From: Octopus vulgaris
Lineage: Eukaryota
Assembly: GCA_951406725.2 (NCBI GenBank)
Contig: OX597821.1
Location: forward strand, 9,672,001 to 9,736,000
Direction of reading: 5' to 3'
Length of the DNA stretch: 64,000 bases
Shown here: piece after piece, positions 55,639 to 64,000 of the stretch
Numbering within the stretch: position 1 is the first letter of the stretch
How the letters are laid out: each line of letters starts with the position of its first letter
Position numbers and translations under genes: made by a program
The notes under the pieces: model-generated
What the model saw: the letters and a program-made list of their open reading frames with translations, nothing else
Databases searched by the model: none
What the model was told of the DNA's origin: nothing

Positions 55639-56804
55639 CTCACGCATGACCGAAGTAAATATACACACATGAAACATCGATTTATCTTTATTCTAACTTA
55701 TAAAGTTTTATACTTTTTTTTATTAATTGATTTTTTATGTTTCAGGTTCTATGTGTGAGTGTTTAATCATGACATGTTCAAAAGAAGGCTTGGAACTGTC
55801 TAAATTCCAAAGAGGTAGTAATGTATGTAATTCTGAAAATTGACATAGCGTAACATCGGTTTCTACAGTTAATGAAGTCATTGTGTAATTCCCCAGAAAG
55901 GGGAAGAACTCCACATCACCTCACCCAGATCAACCAGAGACCTCTGACAGGATAATCCTCGTTGCAAGACATCTGACATACGAGAACAAGTTGATGTCAG
56001 TCCCAGAACACCTGACAGATATCTCCACAAACTTGGTTACTATCGCAGAGCAGCAAGAAAGAATCCACTTGTTCGACCGGCCAACATCAAGTTTCGACCA
56101 GTGAGATGGCGGAGAGGCCACTAGCATTTTGTGACACTGTCTTATTCTCTGATGAGTCCATATTTGCTGCATTTCCTGACAGTGATCGAGTGTAAGTATG
56201 GAGAATCTGTGATCAAAAATTTAATGTGAAAAGATTGCAGCCAACAGCTATTCAGTGATGGTCTGGTGAACACTGGTTGATCAGAGCTGGTGGAGTGTGC
56301 GGGAATCATAAACTAAGATAACTATGTGACCATATTACAGAAAGGATTCATTCCAATCTTCTGCAGTGATCAAATGATTAAATAAGTTATTTATGGAATA
56401 TGGGGTTCCTTGTCACACGGCTAAAAGGACCTGAGATTTGTTGGATGAGAATTGCATTACAAAACTTTCATGGGAAAACCCCTCACCAGATATGAACTTT
56501 ATTTAACGCCAATGGGACATAATGTACAGGACACTTTATAAAATGAACAAAGTAAAGCATATTCTAGGCTGGATCTTTTGAGATTACTGCATGAAACTTG
56601 GCAAGGAATTCCGCAAGAGAATATGCATCATCTGATGCGTAACATGCTTAATAGGGTGCATACGTTGAAAAATGCAAAGGGCACGTCTACTAGATATTAA
56701 CTATTCACATTCATACAATTAATAAATAATTTGAAAGCATAATTTCAGATTTAGATTAATCTTAATGATTATACGAGTGTCTATTTACTTCTGTCATGTC
56801 TGTG
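55639..56804 (+). mobile_element. Decayed Tc1-like transposon
   Basis: TIR-like ends catgaccgaagtaaatatacac / gtgtctatttacttctgtcatg followed by TA; remnants LFSDES, VMVW, G.PCHTAK, W..PSPDMN, M..RV..LKNAKGTSTRY*. Confidence 0.85.
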
Positions 56805-57447
56805 TATATGTAGTTTAACAGCTTAAACTTGCCTGGAGAAGCACTGAAACTATTAAATCTAACGGCAATATAGCATTTTCATGGTTGTGTTTTTGTGTGC
56901 ATTCATATAAACATGTATGAGAGAGCATTATGTATACAGAGCTGACAGAGCGTAGAAACTAGAAGCTTTGAAATGGGAAACATTGTAATTGAAGAAATAT
57001 ATGCCATAAATACTGTTAACCGAATGGTAGCTTGTCAAGAAATTATTATTTCATTTCAATGTTATATATTACATTTAGTGCGGTGTTATAGACCTCCTGA
57101 AGGCATATAAATTCACGTAGTGATAATGTCAATTTTCAAATGTAGTACCAATAGATTTAAAGCAATTTGGAAGAGAGTAATAAGATGATTGGTGAATGAA
57201 TTTATGGCTACTATTGATTTAACAAATTTCCCTAGTTTCTTAAAGTGTAACGTGCAAAAATGTGTCAAATTCTCACAAATTCTGCACTGAATGTGATAGG
57301 AGAGGAAATAATGATAAGGTATTTTAGAAATTTCATTTTTCTATTTGAACAATGATGGGAAATTTATGATTCAATGAACAATACGCCATTAATTACGTAC
57401 TCATTAGTGTGTGATATCCTATTTTCGAGTTTCAATTATGAATGAAA

Positions 57448-57488
<41 letters not shown>

Positions 57489-57729
57489 CGTACATTGATA
57501 ATTGTAGGGATGAATATATTGTTTATGTATGTTTATATATTTGTATCTTTATTTTGCATTGCCGTTCACTGCTCCAAATGATGAATAGATAGACAGCCGA
57601 CAACTGATGTGATGTCCTTCTTTGTGTTACTTGTCCTATTTTCCATGTGTTCTATCTCTTTGCGTATTGAACTTATTCTCATTTGGTTTCATATTTCATA
57701 TTGCTAACTGTTGGCGATGTTCTGTACCC

Positions 57730-57762
<33 letters not shown>

Positions 57763-57764
57763 TG

Positions 57765-57888
<124 letters not shown>

Positions 57889-57978
57889 TGTGTTTACGCG
57901 TATGATAGATCGCTAGCCTCTAAACCTTTATCTATTCTCTCTCCCTGTTTATTTCTCTGTTCCTTTCTGTGGAAGAGC

Positions 57979-58213
57979 CGCACGGGCGGCAGCTGAAGAC
58001 CTAGGCAACGACGATAAAGGAGGACCTCTCCGAACTCTCAGGTCCGCTGGTGGTCGGTCTGCACAGATGGAACAGCGAATGGCTCGCTATCTCCAGTGAC
58101 CTCGCACAGGACCGTCGAGCGTGGGCCGCCATGGTTTCGTGATGCTGTCAGAACCAGAGAAAAAGCCGGCTCAACCCACCCTGGGTTAACGCTGTCACAA
58201 GTACAAGTAAGTA
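57979..58213 (+). mobile_element. RTE-clade LINE 3' fragment
   Basis: GGQLKT*ATTIKEDLSELSGP.VVG..RWNSEWLAISSDLAQDRRAWAAMV followed by tail caagtacaagtaagta. Confidence 0.8.
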
Positions 58214-58229
58214 CTAGTATCGAAGTATT

Positions 58230-59320
58230 CTAAGTTGAAAAAATATTTTATATTTCACGGTAGGTAGGCAGGGTTGCCAGGTATGCGAATAAAGTGGAAG
58301 AGATAAGGAATGGAAGAGATAAGATCCGGGATACATACGTTTCATAATGAGCGGATTTCGGAAGTGGTAAATATCCGAGCGACGTGTTAACCGCGGGCTA
58401 CTCTTCGGGCCAAGGTTGGCTTGATTAAATGAAGTTTATATTGTCGTAACATGTCAAGATACTGACAATTCGATCACAATATGTAGGGAGCATAGCTAGA
58501 GTGTAGACAATATATTGTGAAGAGAAAGTTAGGATTGTAAGAAGGAATGAAATATAGAAAAGAGAAGAAACAAACAAGAGTGTGAAGTACTTGTAAGGAA
58601 TTTAAGAAAGTTCATTTCGCAGGTGGTTTTCAATAGAGGGTGGGGTATGAAGGGATAATGGGGAAGGAAGAAGGGGTTGGGATAAGTATATATGGTCTAG
58701 AATAGGACAAAAGTTTGAAGTGATGATATAGTAGTAAAACTTGAAAGTCTAAAGGAAATGAGGAAGAATAATACAAATCTAAATATTAAGGAATGTATGT
58801 TGATGTGCGCAACCGTGCGTACTGTATGAGGTAATAGATGTGTATGTAGGCGTATATACCTGTAAGTACACAAAGATGGGGTTGGAAAGATGTGGAGGCA
58901 GGCGGGAAAGTGAAATTACATGTTATAAATCGCAAGCAAATATAACGATAGATATAAACAAAAATAAGTTGTGATATTGATAATGGTGGCTTAATATTTA
59001 GTCATTGTGAGATTAAAAAAGGGAAAATGTCTATGATATCGGAGAGAAATTTAGGGAATGATGCGCAGGAGGAAGGCGGTGTTTTTTTTGTAATTTGAGA
59101 ATAGGTTGCATAATTGATGTTTGCATGCGAAAATTAAACTGAAAATTATACTTCATTAAAGCAATCAGTGGATTGCATAGTAGCTAAGATCTCTATGGAG
59201 AGATCGCACTTGTTATCATAGCCGAAGTATGGTTTAGCAGGGGTGGTTATGGACCATTTAAGAGTTTAGAAAATTGAGTAGCTATTGATATTCTGCTTGC
59301 TATGAGACATCTGTAGCCCT
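58230..59320 (-). mobile_element. Highly decayed Penelope-like fragment
   Basis: Weak minus-strand remnants (LPIIPSY, NIVY, RL..RSDI) in the order expected for linker/GIY-YIG; heavily degraded. Confidence 0.4.
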
Positions 59321-59333
59321 ACTACATACCTTC

Positions 59334-59802
<469 letters not shown>

Positions 59803-59837
59803 AAGTATTTGAAGTATTTGAAGGTATATTTACGGTA

Positions 59838-60075
59838 TATGTGAGTTATTTTTCTGAGTATGCATTGTCTGAGACTTTTATTTAGTTGAAGAAATAGCCA
59901 AATTTTTGGCTGCTATTTCTGAGTTCGGTGTGTGGTAAAGTGAATTCTTTTACTTTACCATATTTTATAAATTAATACTTAAATATACGTAAATGGTCTT
60001 TACATACCGAATTCTTGGTCGAATTTATTAATAATTAATTAATTCGCCCCCTTTTTTCATAACAATATAATGTTT
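59838..60075 (+). mobile_element. Second, degenerate copy of the 30252-31331 family (lacks the HHR)
   Basis: tatgtgagttatttttctgagtatgcattgtct..ataacaatataatg aligns with 30629-30874 with several 1-3 bp deletions; (TA)n both sides. Confidence 0.85.
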
Positions 60076-60080
60076 TTTCA

Positions 60081-60154
<74 letters not shown>

Positions 60155-60221
60155 GGTAGCCACTTTAGCCATTACACACATTTTTTTCTCTCCTTGTTTC
60201 TCTCCTCTTTTTTCTGCGTCC

Positions 60222-60257
60222 CTTTCTGTAGAAGAGCGTAGGCTCGAAACGTAAATA
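60222..60257 (+). ncRNA. Minimal hammerhead motif (variant core) in a solo pseudo-LTR 60151-60348
   Basis: cttt CTGTAGA a gagc-gtag-gctc GAAA cgt a aat; same layout as the 41623 motif; truncated paralogue ctttctgtggaagagc at 57963-57978. Confidence 0.6.
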
Positions 60258-60400
60258 ACTGTTTCAAATCCTGAGCGTTATACTAATACAACTGTTTGTT
60301 TCGTACACCACCTCTCTTCATCTTTTTGTTTCGTGAACTCTCCCCCAATATATATATATATATATACAGAGAGAGTGAAAGAAAGAGGGAGAGAGAGATA

Positions 60401-62040
60401 GAAGAAACAAACGAAACCCATCAGTATATAAATGTACTCTCTAATCATTCTATATCAACCCTCAATGTTATGGCAACAGCTATCTCAATTAGAATTTCAA
60501 ATGTATCTATACTAACGCTCCGTATTATAACCAAGCACTAGAGTTAAGTGGTTTTTGAAAAGAAATATTTTACCTCCCTATACAATACTTAAGACCAAAA
60601 TTTCAAATTTCTTAAACGGAATTGGTTCACAATCTTGTTATACGACCTTCAATTTAGATAAACCAATTAAACATATGAAAAAACAGTGTATGGATGACGC
60701 ACGACTTAATAACATAAGATTTGCAAATTCTATATCTCTATATCTTTATATCGCAAACAAATCTAAATAAACCAAACATTCAACTTTTAGGAAAGATGAA
60801 ATTATATGATTTTCCCCGCATCTCTCTCTTCAGGTCAAATCTTTACCCAAATTATTTTTAAAGATATTGAAGGATAAATTCCCTGACAATTAGAAATCCT
60901 CTGTGAAATTGTCGTACCTTACTACTCCGAAATTAGGTTCAATTATAGCTTGCATTAATAGGCCTGAACTGAGACCTAGGAAACCTACCCACACGAATCT
61001 TTATAATGAACTTTATTACTAAAAAAATTATACTCGCTCTACCGTAAACATTACGCCGGGTCATCCTCTAACGGTCGACTTAACCTCTACTAATCAGAAA
61101 ATTAATGAGGATGCAGAGAGGACAAAACATATAATTGTCGAATTAAGAAGTCGTGTCCGCTGGAGGGATGCTGTGTACGTAATAATGTAGTGTATTGGTG
61201 CTCTGTGGAGATCCCTACTTTAGACTTAAAACGTCGCTGTAGGGCCCGTTTGAATTCATTTACTAAAGTAAATTATAAATTTCCAACAACGCTAGCTACT
61301 TATAGACAAGAACTAAAAACAATATACAATACTCATGGTCTTGGTCTGTCATAGCAGAATCTCCCCACCCCTAAAATACATTAAGTAAACTGTATATTTG
61401 ATAGTCCATGAATATTCTTCGTCGATATGAATAAGTTATCGAATTCTATGTATACCTTTAACCATAGATACTGTTCAGCATCTAAATATTTTGATAAACC
61501 TCGATAAATTAACCATTAAAATTTTAATTATCCGTATTTCACTCATTGTCTATACTCCTGCCACCCTGTGACATCATCCTGATTAATTATTACCGGCTTA
61601 ATATTTGAAACGATTTTTAAATTGTATTTCGCATAATTCCTGTTATAAGAGTTCTTCTTCCAGTTAATAAAAGCACCGCCCTGTGTAACTAAATCTCATC
61701 CACCGTTTACTGCATTATATGAAATGTGAATCCTGGAGAATATACTCTCTCTGCTGAAGGAGGTAGTACCCAATTTTTGGAGTGAAAATACTCTTAAAAT
61801 ATATAGATGTTTGTGGTCCCGAAACGGCCGTAAGAGGACTACCAGCAGTTTTCGGTAACATGTTTACCTATTTTCTTGGATTAGTTACGTATATTTTCTG
61901 AAAACAATTTAAGCTCAACGTTATGTGTTTCCTTTATTCGCTCTTTTCGTAAGACTCTATTTTAATCGGCTATGTTTAAATATATTTTACAATGCCACTC
62001 AAAAACACCTCCTAGTACGATTGTAATTCTAATTGTCTCT
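60401..62040 (+). mobile_element. 5'-truncated, decayed Penelope-like element (Naiad-like motifs)
   Basis: HQYINVLSNH..ISIRISNVS, PYYNQALELSGF, RKDEII*FSP..LFLKILKDKFP, VKLSYLTTPKLGSII, YNCRIKKSCPLEGCCVRNNVVYW, SWSVIA; 3' HHR motif. The 3' boundary is approximate. Confidence 0.8.
61747..61836 (+). ncRNA. Hammerhead motif with long stem II insert (one core mismatch)
   Basis: ctct CTGCTGA a gga..tccc GAAA cggccg TA agag: stem I ctct/agag, palindromic stem III ACGGCCGT, GUA triplet; the core has C at A6. Confidence 0.6.
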
Positions 62041-62239
62041 CTCTATATCTTTATACAGCTTTTTCAACTTAATCTCATTCGTCTTTTATATATGCATATT
62101 AAAGTTATATATTTACATATTCTTAGGATTTTTTTTATATGATTTACATTTGTATAATTAAAAACTGATATGCATCGATCCATGGCGCAATATATGTTTA
62201 TATAAATTGTGTGTTGGACCTATTTGAATTCTCTTTATC

Positions 62240-62260
62240 ATATATATATATATATGCATG

Positions 62261-62336
<76 letters not shown>

Positions 62337-62426
62337 CATACATATATATACATATATCTATATCTATATATATATATATACATACATACATACATACATA
62401 TATATATACATATATATGTCATACAT

Positions 62427-62475
<49 letters not shown>

Positions 62476-62572
62476 CATACATACATACATACAAACATAT
62501 ACATACATACATACATATATACATACATACATATATACATACATACATATATACATACATACATATATATAT
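62240..62572. repeat. (TA)n/(TACA)n tract
   Basis: Directly visible. Confidence 0.95.
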
Positions 62573-64000
62573 TCAACATATACTCTTCGCCAAACCATGA
62601 GACTTTCATTTTCTACAATTGGATCCGGACTGTGAAGTGAAGTGAGACAAATTCAAATCGGGTTCTATACTTTAGACTACTATTTTTCTACGCAGCTCGC
62701 TTGGCGTTTTTGTTCTGACGTCCATATGGTGGACAGAATATTAATGCACATGGGAGAAGCGGATGTTGTAATTACCTAATATGGTTCAGGTAGTTAGCGC
62801 TGACAGTCTTTCATTGTATAAGCAGTTTGGTGGTGTTGGGTTAAATTCTCCTTGTTTCAATTTAAACTGCCCTCATCGATATAGGTGTCTTGACTCAGTA
62901 ACAGAGTTTACTCTATACGAGCGGCAGGGCGAAGTGCTGTTCTTGTATGGTACAGGGGATTTCATTATGCACCAAACCTAGTTATTCCCACGTGTTGGCT
63001 ATCAACAGCAAAGTGTTACTGATACTATTTATCATATGGCAAAATCTTACCGATTTCATAAATAGAAATCTTCAATGATTTGTTTTACCTGACCAATTTC
63101 GTAAACGCAGATTTTTCTCGGTTCTTTTACAGTATTTAAAAACCAAAACGCATTCATAAATGCTACTTTTATCAAGTAAGTATCATTACACAATTAAAAA
63201 TGAAAATTGACAAGAACGCAATACTTTAGCTCAAAACGCGTTGAAAATTGTTCGTTCTGAAGGTCATATTTAACGTAGTTAGAACCACATTCCCATTGAT
63301 AAGATCTTGTTTTCAGAGTGGGAACCAACTTAGGACAAAGTCCGAGTGCATTTCGCAAGGGACTGTTGCTCTTACATCTCTAATGATGCCGTTCCTACAC
63401 AGATACTCTAGATCACACTAATATAAGGGCTAACCGACTCACCAACAACCAATTCACTTGAACACACAAAAATATAGTTGAGGTCAAGCCAACTCATCGA
63501 GCCATAGTCACTCTCGGATATGATGTTATCCTACAGGCAAGAACTATTTTAAAACACTATTGAAACTAGATTGTCAGTTGTAAAACATATATTCACATTG
63601 AAACATTTAATCATGCATTATGAAGTCGCTTTGGGATATTGGTAACGTGACTGTTTACTTTTAGAATTAAAGTGAAGGGTAAATGTGACATGATGGATCT
63701 GAAGATTTCGACATAGTACCCGTGGAATATTTTGTCTAGATATGGCCGCTTTAAATGCTAAATCGTTAACCTAAGAGCACAATGATGTATTCGATAATTT
63801 GACGTTTATCTCCAGCGCTTTAACCTTTCCGACACACGTCTTTATATAACGTCTATGCATACAAACATACATACATACATACGTATACACTTTTGCATAA
63901 ATATATACATACACACACACATATATGTGTGTGTAGGTGTATATATATATGTGTGTTTATATATATATATATATATCCCTTTATTCTCAATAGTTTAAAT

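Noticed and set aside
60800-61200. Selenocysteine recoding in the Naiad-like element
   Set aside because: The in-frame TGA seen falls at a Trp position (IIWF), not Cys, and I cannot identify a SECIS by eye.

Overview
AT-rich, microsatellite-dense eukaryotic DNA with no host protein-coding gene I can recognise. The SINE and repeat make-up suggests a cephalopod (Octopus-like) intronic or intergenic region; this is inference. Almost all ORFs in the track are translations of simple repeats. Real content: one full-length mariner (DD34D) with an intact transposase ORF; decayed mariner and Tc1 elements; two R4/Dong-type non-LTR retrotransposons sitting in (TAA)n tracts; RTE and CR1/L2 fragments; a Helitron-like non-autonomous element; three SINE families; a 35-bp minisatellite; and several Penelope-like (PLE) elements inserted in (TA)n tracts. 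The most notable signal is a set of hammerhead ribozyme (HHR) motifs read directly from the sequence. The best is a non-coding element at 30252-31331 with two identical, complete type I HHRs exactly 560 nt apart plus a 244-bp inverted copy, i.e. a candidate retrozyme-like or PLE pseudo-LTR system that could release a 560-nt, possibly circular, RNA. Four further HHR motifs from other families occur at 41623, 54911, 60222 and 61747.
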